From Candidatus Thorarchaeota archaeon (GTDB taxonomy: Archaea; Asgardarchaeota; Thorarchaeia; Thorarchaeales; Thorarchaeaceae), in the NCBI GenBank assembly GCA_048882385.1, contig JBHLRQ010000038.1, forward strand, positions 11,866-26,784: 14,919 nt of DNA, in the 5' to 3' direction. The notes under the pieces were generated by a model. The model saw nothing but the letters and a program-made list of their open reading frames with translations, was not told the origin of the DNA and made no database searches. Below are positions 1 to 7,968 of this stretch, in pieces. How positions within the stretch are numbered: the first letter of the stretch is position 1; every line of letters begins with the position of its first letter. Position numbers and translations under genes: made by a program.

Positions 1-20
1 ATTGGTTGGTGTAAATAATA

Positions 21-980
21 GTGTCATCCCTAGTATACATCCCAATCGAGAATGAGCGCGTTTTAAGCCAACATCAAGAATACATTCTGACCAACTATAG
101 ATTGATTCAGTTTGACCGAGGCTCACGAACAAGTGCAAGCATACCGCTTCACATCATAAAAGAATACAAGTTAACGCCCAATTCTGCAATGTATAAAGTA
201 GTAAACGGTATTGTTAATGTCGTGGGAGCTATGGTGAGAAGAGAGGAAATGCGGGCTGCTCTGGGTCTCAGAGAATTTGATAGTCTCAATGTTGGGCAAC
301 AAAGAAAAATCTGTGAGGTCAGCGGAGTACCATTTGTACATCCAGATCATCCATATAATCGATGGATATCAATCGGCTTCCATAAACCCTTCTCTAGACA
401 TTTCTATCAGACTTTTGCTTGGCTGAAGGGTGAGGAAGTCTTCACTTACTATCCAGGAGGCTTTATTCTTACCAATTATCGTCTCTATCAGTATGATTCC
501 AAGTCAAGAAAGGTGTTCATGTTTCCACTGCATATGGTTGAAACCTTTGAAGCTAGAAGGGACAAGATTAAGATCAAAGCAACTTCTGGTAAATTCGAGA
601 TAAGGGGCATAGTACCCAGACAGGATCATATGGTTCAACTATGGCAGACTCGCGCTTGGGACACATTGCCAAAAGATCATCTTGACTGGTTAATAAGACC
701 GTTCAGTTATGTTACACCACATCATCCATTGTCACAATATATTGTCAGTGATTCTGCCACTGTTGTTCCAACTCCAGTAGCTACAGAAACCACTCAAGAA
801 GTGACAACAACCGCTGGCAACGGAGGCGCAGGAACCGTATTTGTTAAGCCTGTCATCAAGGATCGGTGTACTAACTGCAATTCACCAATGTCTTGGGAGC
901 AAATTGATTGGACTGGACCTGACCAATATGCATGTCCAGCCTGTGGTTCTCCTCACCGAGTTGACTATGTAAGAATGTAG
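21..980 (+). CDS. Uncharacterised protein: two PH/GRAM-like repeats, Thr/Pro/Gly linker, C-terminal Zn ribbon
   Basis: 319-aa ORF with GTG start. Motif (Y/F)ILTNYRL-x-x-x-D...(I/F)PLH occurs twice. Low-complexity linker PTPVATETTQEVTTTAGNGGAG. CTNC-x18-CPAC at the C-terminus. The fold assignment is inference. Confidence 0.75.
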   Translation: MSSLVYIPIENERVLSQHQEYILTNYRLIQFDRGSRTSASIPLHIIKEYKLTPNSAMYKVVNGIVNVVGAMVRREEMRAALGLREFDSLNVGQQRKICEVSGVPFVHPDHPYNRWISIGFHKPFSRHFYQTFAWLKGEEVFTYYPGGFILTNYRLYQYDSKSRKVFMFPLHMVETFEARRDKIKIKATSGKFEIRGIVPRQDHMVQLWQTRAWDTLPKDHLDWLIRPFSYVTPHHPLSQYIVSDSATVVPTPVATETTQEVTTTAGNGGAGTVFVKPVIKDRCTNCNSPMSWEQIDWTGPDQYACPACGSPHRVDYVRM

Positions 981-985
981 ATGGT

Positions 986-2878
986 TTAGGAGAAGGCTTT
1001 TGTCCAGCCTAAAGACAGTCTTTTGATTGTCTCTTCAGTGGGCAAGCCAGTTTCCTTATTCCATCCTCTAAGTTTATAGTAGTCATCAAGCATTGGGTCA
1101 AGATCAACTACTTGTCCCTTTCCAGGGCCATCAGGCATTGGCTCTTTTGTGAAGCGATCTGGGAGAGTATCATCCTTACGTGTGATTCCTTCTCTGTGGT
1201 TGAAAAGCCGCTTTAGAGTAACCTGACGTTCTGCAATTTCAGTCAGGTTGTCGACCTTTCCAAAATGTTTCTCCCCGGTGGCTAATGGAAGGATTGTAGC
1301 AAAGTCTTCCATCCAAAAGATTGGTGGCCAGGATACAGAATACCAACAAACAATCAGAGTATCACGAATACAATAGGAATTCTCGCTCTCCACAACAGCC
1401 ACTGCTTTGTGTTTCTCGGTATAGGGATCAATAATTTCCGGAAGTTTGTCTGCCCCCCATCTCTTTGCAGCTACATCCTCGTATCCAAGCTGGTCAACGA
1501 CAACAAGACTTCTAAGATGATCTGCACCGCGAGCACCAGTCGCATGACCTAGACCAATGCTTCGATGGGTTCGGCCATCTTGACCTGAAACCTCCATACC
1601 TTTTACATGTAGAGCATATTTTTCAGATCCCTTTCCTATGGATTCAGCGGCTCTCTTGCTTCCTTCAGCCAAGATATTTCCAAATCCTTCTCGTCTAGCA
1701 ATCATTTCAAGAAGTTTGATTATCTGTTCCTTATCTCCCCAGTCCAGTTTCATTCCACCAGTGTCTTTCTCATTGATGAGACCATTCTCAAAAGATTCGA
1801 TCGCAAACCCAATTGTAGCGCCAGCAGAGATGATGTCCATACCAAGCTTGTTGCAAATCTGATTTGCCTTTAGTGTTGTAGCATAGTCGTCTATACCAAG
1901 AGCACTGCCAAAAGCCATGAGGCCTTCGTATTCGGGACCTTCCTCAAGAGTTCCGGAAAATGGTCCTTCTCGTATGTAATTCATCTTCTTGCATCCAAGA
2001 CTGCATCCAAAACAAGCTCTGTCTGTCACTGTGTATCGAGGACGGATGAAATCTCCAGTAAGCTTTTCATATCCATCAAAAACGCCAGTTCGATGGTTAT
2101 AGGTTGGAAGTTCTCCAATCTCTTGTTTGACAGCAGTAAGTACCCATGTTCCCCACTTACTCATCTCTTGGGCTTGCGGGTTTGCTCGAACTCTGCGGTG
2201 AGCCTTTTTTGCAAATTCAACAAAGCCATCATGATCATGAACTGCAACAGCTCCATGTCCCCGAACTGCAACAGCCTTGACGTTCTTTGAACCAAGTATT
2301 GCACCCATGCCAGTTCGACCAGCTGCTCTAGCATGATTTACCATAATGCTTGAGAATCTTATCAGATTCTCACCAGCAGGACCAATTGCAGCCACCTGAG
2401 TGTCAGGATCATTGTGATTCTTTTTTATCGTCATAGTGGTTTCATCGGTAGTTTTTCCCCAAAGATCTGAAGCATCACGAATTTCCAGGTCTGAATCTTC
2501 AATATGAATGTACACAGGTTTGTCAGCTTTGCCCTCGATTACAAGCATGTCATACCCGGCGTACTTCAACTCTGCTCCCAGAAACCCACCAACATGACTC
2601 TCACCCCATATTCCAGTCAAAGGAGCTTTAGAGATGAAGACAGTCCTCCCACTCATAGGCCAAAGTGTTCCAGTGATTGGACCTGTCGCAATGAGGATTT
2701 TGTTTGCCTCACTCAATGGTTCTGTCCTTGATGGGACTTCTTCATACAGCAAACGAACACCGAATCCATCTCCCCCAATGAACGATTTGATCCAATCTTT
2801 TGGAAGAGGGTCCTCAATGAATCTGTTATCTGTGAGATTGACACGTAAAATCTTACCCATGTAGCCACTAAGATTCAA
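986..2878 (-). CDS. aor: Tungsten-containing aldehyde:ferredoxin oxidoreductase (AOR family)
   Basis: Family motifs GYMGKILRVNLT, KAPLTG...SHVGG, AAIGPAGENL, AGRTGMGAILGSKNVKA, CFGCSLGC, GPEYE, GMDIISAG, DDTLPDRF and YYKLRGW. The ORF-track start (3040) overlaps the upstream gene. The likely start is TTG 2878, 1 nt after the upstream stop, or ATG 2860. Confidence 0.95.
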   Translation of the reverse strand: MNLSGYMGKILRVNLTDNRFIEDPLPKDWIKSFIGGDGFGVRLLYEEVPSRTEPLSEANKILIATGPITGTLWPMSGRTVFISKAPLTGIWGESHVGGFLGAELKYAGYDMLVIEGKADKPVYIHIEDSDLEIRDASDLWGKTTDETTMTIKKNHNDPDTQVAAIGPAGENLIRFSSIMVNHARAAGRTGMGAILGSKNVKAVAVRGHGAVAVHDHDGFVEFAKKAHRRVRANPQAQEMSKWGTWVLTAVKQEIGELPTYNHRTGVFDGYEKLTGDFIRPRYTVTDRACFGCSLGCKKMNYIREGPFSGTLEEGPEYEGLMAFGSALGIDDYATTLKANQICNKLGMDIISAGATIGFAIESFENGLINEKDTGGMKLDWGDKEQIIKLLEMIARREGFGNILAEGSKRAAESIGKGSEKYALHVKGMEVSGQDGRTHRSIGLGHATGARGADHLRSLVVVDQLGYEDVAAKRWGADKLPEIIDPYTEKHKAVAVVESENSYCIRDTLIVCWYSVSWPPIFWMEDFATILPLATGEKHFGKVDNLTEIAERQVTLKRLFNHREGITRKDDTLPDRFTKEPMPDGPGKGQVVDLDPMLDDYYKLRGWNKETGLPTEETIKRLSLGWTKAFS

Positions 2879-2879
2879 T

Positions 2880-3386
2880 TCACTCAGCTCCAGATTCCTG
2901 TGCTGTTCGACCAATCTCCTTGAGATAATCTGTGATTTTGCTGTAACGATCCAATAATGGAGCCACTGTAGCATCAGCATAGATGATTGCACCAGTCGGG
3001 CAAACCTGCGCACATTCAGGATTCCCGCTGCAATGATCACACTTGATAATCCTCATTTTGTTCGTATCTAGGACAATCACGCCGTTCACGCAAGCGCCCA
3101 CGCAAGATTTACACAAAATGCACTTATCATCTTCAAGAAAGGTCATCTTTGATATTGGATCACGACGTATTGCATAAGTTGGACATATATCGACACAAGG
3201 AGCCGTTTCACATGGACCACAGACATTAGGAAGATCAAGTCCAAGATCATCGTATTTTACAATTTTCAATCGAGCTAAGCTTGGTTGAAAACATCCTTCA
3301 TGTTTTGCAGTACATGCAAGCTCGCAAATTCGACATCCTGTGCATTTGGTGAAATCAACGATCAATTGTGATGGCAGTAGAACCAC
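2880..3386 (-). CDS. 4x[4Fe-4S] polyferredoxin (DmsB/AorA-type electron-transfer subunit), likely co-transcribed with AOR
   Basis: Four Cys clusters: CTGCRICELAC, CGPCETAPCVDICP, CILCKSCVGAC and CDHCSGNPECAQVCP. GTG start. Abuts the AOR gene. Confidence 0.93.
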   Translation of the reverse strand: MVLLPSQLIVDFTKCTGCRICELACTAKHEGCFQPSLARLKIVKYDDLGLDLPNVCGPCETAPCVDICPTYAIRRDPISKMTFLEDDKCILCKSCVGACVNGVIVLDTNKMRIIKCDHCSGNPECAQVCPTGAIIYADATVAPLLDRYSKITDYLKEIGRTAQESGAE

Positions 3387-3486
3387 CCCGAGGTAATGTG
3401 ATTCTTACACATCTACTCTAAAATCCTTTGGGCCGCCTGAACTGTTTATTAGGAATCAAGTCTACGGAACGATTAGGTTGAATAAC

Positions 3487-3882
3487 ATGTCAGAGGAAGA
3501 AATTGCAGGAGCTGACCCAGGAAAGAAAAAGAAGAAGTCCGATTATGCTGAAGTCGAGTTTGAAATAGGCAACATTGAGTTCGAAGCAAAAGGACGAAGC
3601 GTTGTCGTGGAACGTATGTTTAGACTTCTTCTTGAGAAAATCGAAACAGGGAAGCTTGTTGCTGAATTTAGGTTGCAAGACCTAGATGATGAAGAAGAAG
3701 AAGAGGAAGAAGAGGAGGAGGAGGAGGAAGAATTTCCTCAATTAATCGAAGATTTCTCTGAAGAAAGTCCAGAAGCTGATTTTGTTGAACCTTCGCTTGA
3801 TCCTCCACCAGCGTGGGATTCTCTTGACGAGAGGGAACCAGAAGTTTCAGACGCCGAACGTGAAGAATTAGGTCTCGAATAA
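3487..3882 (+). CDS. Uncharacterised highly acidic protein (Lys5 patch, small beta-beta-alpha core, poly-Glu tail)
   Basis: ORF fills the gap between two minus-strand genes and has a purine-rich coding bias. ATG 3487 is preferred over TTG 3478. Confidence 0.8.
   Translation: MSEEEIAGADPGKKKKKSDYAEVEFEIGNIEFEAKGRSVVVERMFRLLLEKIETGKLVAEFRLQDLDDEEEEEEEEEEEEEEFPQLIEDFSEESPEADFVEPSLDPPPAWDSLDEREPEVSDAEREELGLE
3691..3732 (+). repeat. (GAR)14 trinucleotide tract encoding Glu14
   Basis: gaa gaa gaa gaa gag gaa gaa gag gag gag gag gag gaa gaa read directly. Mixed GAA/GAG codons. Confidence 0.95.
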
Positions 3883-3887
3883 CTTCC

Positions 3888-4955
3888 TCATTCCACAGGA
3901 ACAACCCATCCATAAGGATCCTCTATTTCACCAGATTGGATGCCGACCAGTTCATCGAATAATCGTTGAGTGAGTTCTCCAATTGATCCATTGGCAATCT
4001 CGTAGGCTGTGTCTTTGTACCAGAGTGAACCAACTGGTGCAATTATTGCAGCGGTACCGCAACCAAAGATTTCCTTGACTTTTCCAGATTTGATACCATC
4101 TATGACTTCATCTATGGAAATCATTCGTTCATTCACGCGAAGACCATAATCTCTTAGGAGTGTTAGAACCGAATCTCGTGTAATACCCGGAAGAATGGTC
4201 CCAGAGAGAGGTGGAGTAGCAACTTCATCGTCAAATCGAACCATTATGTTCATCGTCCCTACTTCCTCAAGATACTTGTTTTCTAGTGCATCCAACCAGA
4301 GGACTTGTGAGTATCCGACCTTTGTAGCATCTGTTCCTGCAAGTAGACTAGCAGCATAGTTCCCACTTGCCTTTGCTGACCCTGTTCCCCCTCTAACTGC
4401 ACGTACATACTTATCACTAACATAGATCTTGACTGGACTAAAGCCTTCTTTGAAATAAGGACCAACAGGGCTCAGTATTATAAAATACAAGTATTCAGAA
4501 GATGGTTTTACACCAAGTTTTGATTCTGTACCAACCATTGTTGGGCGAATGTAAAGAGAACTCCCTGGAGCGTCAGGAACCCACTCAGTTTCAATCTTAA
4601 GGAGACTTTTCAATGCGTCTAGAGCAAAATCAGAATCAACCTCAGGCATGACCATTCGTCTAGCTGATATGTTGAAGCGTTCGAAATTGTTTTCAGGTCT
4701 AAAAAGAAGAACTCTATCACCTCTGCGGTATGCCTTCATTCCCTCAAAAATTCCCTGACCATAATGAAGACAGATTGCTGCAGGACTCAGAGAGAGCGGA
4801 CCATAAAGATGGATTTTCGCGTCAGTCCAATGATCGTTAACATAACGCATAGAGAACATATGATCTGAGAATTCAGTGCCGAAAGGAATTTTCAACACAT
4901 CTGAGGGTTTTTGCTTTCTTGATTCTATTGGAACCAAGTTGATGTCGATTTTCAT
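3888..4955 (-). CDS. ilvE: Branched-chain amino acid aminotransferase (fold-type IV PLP, IlvE-II type)
   Basis: FGTEFSDHM, LHYGQGIFEGMKAY, LYIRP, GGTGSAKASGNYA (PLP Lys), EEVGTMN, ILPGITRDS and GTAAII. The likely start is ATG 4955 (MKIDINLV), not 5021. Confidence 0.96.
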   Translation of the reverse strand: MKIDINLVPIESRKQKPSDVLKIPFGTEFSDHMFSMRYVNDHWTDAKIHLYGPLSLSPAAICLHYGQGIFEGMKAYRRGDRVLLFRPENNFERFNISARRMVMPEVDSDFALDALKSLLKIETEWVPDAPGSSLYIRPTMVGTESKLGVKPSSEYLYFIILSPVGPYFKEGFSPVKIYVSDKYVRAVRGGTGSAKASGNYAASLLAGTDATKVGYSQVLWLDALENKYLEEVGTMNIMVRFDDEVATPPLSGTILPGITRDSVLTLLRDYGLRVNERMISIDEVIDGIKSGKVKEIFGCGTAAIIAPVGSLWYKDTAYEIANGSIGELTQRLFDELVGIQSGEIEDPYGWVVPVE

Positions 4956-5106
4956 TTCAAGACACAAATCAAAAGAAGCAACGGTGCCTCTTAAGAGATG
5001 GGTTCGGCAAGAGAACATCAATCATGCAATTGTATATGATTCGGAAAATACCTTTAAGTCAACCTGAATGCTACAGAACACATTTACACACTAGGAGAAG
5101 CATACG

Positions 5107-5712
5107 ATGAGTCACCACGAAGGATCTCCACCGGATGATGCGTATTATGTAGACCCCAAAGAGGTCCTCTCGCAATATAGTGTGGAGTGGGTTTCTTTGA
5201 GGAAATCCTATGATGAGATAAAGAAACAACTCCTAGAAGTCCAAGCAGATCTATCAAATATCGATCGCAGGCTGGAAAGCAAACAGATTTCAGACCAAGA
5301 GCACATTAAACTCTACCGCGAAAAATGGGCAGAGTCAACGCAAATTGTCCAAGTGAAACGAGAAGTAGAAAGTAGGTTATTTGAGATTCAGAAAGAGATT
5401 CGAGCCGCTAATCGTCAATTGAAGCAGGCTGAAGAAGAACGGATGCGACGTGAAAGAATCGAGCAAGAGAAATCTAATGCTATGATAGAATGGATGTCAT
5501 TAAAACAAGGTTTCGACTTAACAAACGCACGCAGGAACGAGATTAATGCAGAATCCGACAAACTGGAACTAGATAGAAGAAGCGGCAAGGTGTCTGATGA
5601 AGAATATAGAAAACGACGCATTGAACAGTTCCGACAACTTGCTGAACTGAGTACTGTCGAGTCAGATGTAAAACGTCGTCTTGCAGAGCTTTTGGAAATA
5701 ATCAGAAAATAG
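5107..5712 (+). CDS. Uncharacterised all-helical coiled-coil protein with internal duplication
   Basis: 201-aa ORF with GGAG upstream of the ATG. Heptad-rich E/K/R/Q/L sequence. Two copies of EW(V/M)SL...(K/G)x(I/V)SDxE(H/Y). Confidence 0.85.
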   Translation: MSHHEGSPPDDAYYVDPKEVLSQYSVEWVSLRKSYDEIKKQLLEVQADLSNIDRRLESKQISDQEHIKLYREKWAESTQIVQVKREVESRLFEIQKEIRAANRQLKQAEEERMRRERIEQEKSNAMIEWMSLKQGFDLTNARRNEINAESDKLELDRRSGKVSDEEYRKRRIEQFRQLAELSTVESDVKRRLAELLEIIRK

Positions 5713-5743
5713 ATTGTAGAAGGTAGTTATCTTTATTGGAAAT

Positions 5744-5783
5744 GAAAAAAGGAATGAGTGCAGAACCCAATAAAGGGCTCTGC
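5744..5783 (-). terminator. Hairpin + U-tract terminator downstream of gdhA
   Basis: Minus strand reads GCAGAGCCC-TTTATT-GGGTTCTGC, a 9-bp stem with one G:U pair that forms only on this strand, followed by ACTCATTCCTTTTTTC. Begins 10 nt after the gdhA stop. Confidence 0.65.
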
Positions 5784-5793
5784 TTTGTTTAAT

Positions 5794-7146
5794 TTATACT
5801 CGATGACCTTGAGCAATCATAGCATCAGCTACTTTCAGAAAGCCTGCAATGTTTGCACCAACAACATAGTTGCTCTTGGCACCGAAATGTTCAGCTGTTT
5901 TATAGGCATTGGAGTGAATAGCCTGCATTATCTGTTTGAGTTTTGCATCAACTTCTTCGCGGGTCCAGAAGAAACGCTGGCTGTTCTGTGCCATTTCAAG
6001 CCCGGATACTGATACTCCTCCAGCATTTGCAGCCTTTCCTGGTCCGAATAGAATATCACTCTCTAGGAAAATTTCGATACCTTCTGGAACCGTAGGCATG
6101 TTGGCACCTTCTCCAACAGCCACACAGCCATTATCGACAAGCAACTTAGCTTCCTTCGCATCCACCTCATTCTGAGTAGCACTTGGAAGCGCAATGTCAC
6201 ATTTCAGACTCCAGGGAGTACCCTTTGCTGTTTCAGTATAGTCGACATTGAAGTGTTCTGCGTACTCCTTGATACGACCTCTTCGAACGTTCTTCAACTC
6301 CATGACCCAAGCTAGTTTTTCTCTATCAATTCCATCAGGATCATGAATCCAACCTGTTGAATCACTAAGTGCTATGACCTTAACACCAAGGTCGATACAT
6401 TTCTCGGTAGCATATTGAGCAACATTTCCAGAACCAGAAATAACTGCAGTTTTTCCCTTCATTTCTTCGCCACGAGTCTTCAACATCTCTTCAACGAAGT
6501 AAACACAACCGTAGCCTGTTGCTTCAGGCCGAATAAGCGATCCGCCCCAACCAGCACCTTTTCCAGTCAGGACACAGGTTCCATGGTTGTCTGTTATCTT
6601 CCGATAGGCACCGTACAAAAAACCAATCTCACGACCGCCTACACCAATATCTCCTGCAGGAACATCAATGAACTGCCCAATATGGCGATAGAGCTCAAAC
6701 ATCAGACTCTCACAAAAGCTCTCTACCTCAGCATCAGTCTTTCCTTTCGGATCAAAGTCAGAACCACCCTTTCCTCCACCCATTGGAAGTGTTGTTAGGC
6801 TGTTCTTGAAGATTTGTTCAAAACCTAGGAATTTCAACACACCCTGCGTTACAGTAGGATGGAAACGAAGTCCGCCTTTGTAAGGACCAAGTGCAGAGTT
6901 GAATTGAACCCTGAAACCACGGTTGACCTGAATCTTGCCATCTCTATCCTTCCAAGGAACACGGAACTGAATTATGCGCTCAGGTTCTGTAATCCGCTCA
7001 AGGATAGAGTATTCCTTGTACTTAGGATACTTCTGGATGGCAGGCTCCAGACTCTCCAGTACTTCCAACGCGGCTTGATGAAAGACCTTCTGATGAGGGT
7101 CTTTTTCAACGACGCGGTTATAGACACTCTCTATGTACTTATCCAA
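5794..7146 (-). CDS. gdhA: NADP-specific glutamate dehydrogenase
   Basis: GPYKGGLRFHP, LGFEQIFKNSLT, MGGGKGGSDFDPKG, DVPAGDIGVGGREIG, GGSLIRPEATGYG, SGSGNVA, EGANMP and PGKAANAGGV. TTG start with a GGTGA SD upstream. Confidence 0.97.
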   Translation of the reverse strand: MDKYIESVYNRVVEKDPHQKVFHQAALEVLESLEPAIQKYPKYKEYSILERITEPERIIQFRVPWKDRDGKIQVNRGFRVQFNSALGPYKGGLRFHPTVTQGVLKFLGFEQIFKNSLTTLPMGGGKGGSDFDPKGKTDAEVESFCESLMFELYRHIGQFIDVPAGDIGVGGREIGFLYGAYRKITDNHGTCVLTGKGAGWGGSLIRPEATGYGCVYFVEEMLKTRGEEMKGKTAVISGSGNVAQYATEKCIDLGVKVIALSDSTGWIHDPDGIDREKLAWVMELKNVRRGRIKEYAEHFNVDYTETAKGTPWSLKCDIALPSATQNEVDAKEAKLLVDNGCVAVGEGANMPTVPEGIEIFLESDILFGPGKAANAGGVSVSGLEMAQNSQRFFWTREEVDAKLKQIMQAIHSNAYKTAEHFGAKSNYVVGANIAGFLKVADAMIAQGHRV

Positions 7147-7326
7147 TGGTATTCACTCACCACTAGTTATACGCGGTCGAGGCGCGTGATGCTTTCCTCA
7201 TAAATTAATCGGAATTGGACAAGTGTAGAGAATTTAGAAAAAGTGATTGATTTCGTTCGTTTGTTTTCAGTTTTATAAGACAAACAATCATTAACGCAGG
7301 AATCTATTGAATGGTGGTTTAAGAAT

Positions 7327-7968
7327 ATGCCAACATTCGAACAAGAATGGATTTCCCCTATTCTCGAAGTCTATAGGAAAAGGAAAATCACAGAAACACA
7401 TTCAATAATCCTTGGTCTCAATCCAATCGGTCAAGCCCTTTGTCGAAATCTGTATGAACACAACAATTTCGAAACCGTTCTTTTATTCAACTCACCTGCA
7501 TTCTCTTCATGGAATCGTTATCCGGTTGACTTGAAGCCTCCTGTGGTTCCAATACATGGAATGGTGACAGATGACTTAATGATCATCTTTGGTGATGTTC
7601 TAATTCGAGAGTTTGATTGGATGACGGACATGTTATTCTACATAAGAGGAAATGTACCATCAAGGTTTGTCATCTCGATTATGACTCATGATGGGCCAAC
7701 TTGTGGGCAGGTATTCTCCAAGAAGGGAAACAGACTTCTGAAAAGGATGGACATTCCATTGGGTAGATCAGATTACTATGATAGTGTAACTGCTCCACTC
7801 ATTAGTTCTGGTAATGCAATGGGATTGGACCCAGTTGTATTGTTCCTTGAAGAATCAAAAGACAAAGAGGTCATACTTCAGGTTGATGATGTTACAGTAT
7901 ATCAATCAGAAGTAGATGAAGCTCGTATGTTTCTTGAGAAAGGGCTAGATTTCCAACTTGTTGATTAA
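7327..7968 (+). CDS. Divergent PAC2 (proteasome assembly chaperone, PbaA/PbaB)-like protein
   Basis: The N-terminal pattern IILGLNPIGQALCRNLYE...ETVLLFNSPAF...PPV..IHG...DLMIIFGD parallels the PAC2 family order (liiG-x-pgvG...L...vg.i.S..fPP...llll.gd). Similarity judged by eye only. Confidence 0.55.
   Translation: MPTFEQEWISPILEVYRKRKITETHSIILGLNPIGQALCRNLYEHNNFETVLLFNSPAFSSWNRYPVDLKPPVVPIHGMVTDDLMIIFGDVLIREFDWMTDMLFYIRGNVPSRFVISIMTHDGPTCGQVFSKKGNRLLKRMDIPLGRSDYYDSVTAPLISSGNAMGLDPVVLFLEESKDKEVILQVDDVTVYQSEVDEARMFLEKGLDFQLVD

Noticed and set aside
2879-3040. N-terminal extension of the 684-aa AOR ORF
   Set aside because: Overlaps the polyferredoxin gene in another frame. AOR homology begins at GYMGKILRV.
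3668-3913. Minus-strand ORF with poly-Pro/Leu (LPPPPPLLPLLLL)
   Set aside because: Simply the reverse complement of the poly-Glu codons of the plus-strand gene.
4988-5041. Palindromes CTCTTAAGAG and AATCAT-N10-ATGATT in the ilvE divergent promoter region
   Set aside because: Short and AT-rich, and the first may just be a TATA-like element. No second copy supports an operator role.
5758-7203. Several plus-strand ORFs antisense to gdhA (5758, 5936, 6415, 6859)
   Set aside because: Shadow ORFs of a strongly conserved gene, with no recognisable motifs.
7259-7287. Imperfect inverted repeat (GTTTGT...ACAAAC) around TTTTATAA
   Set aside because: Low-complexity AT-rich sequence that cannot be distinguished from chance.
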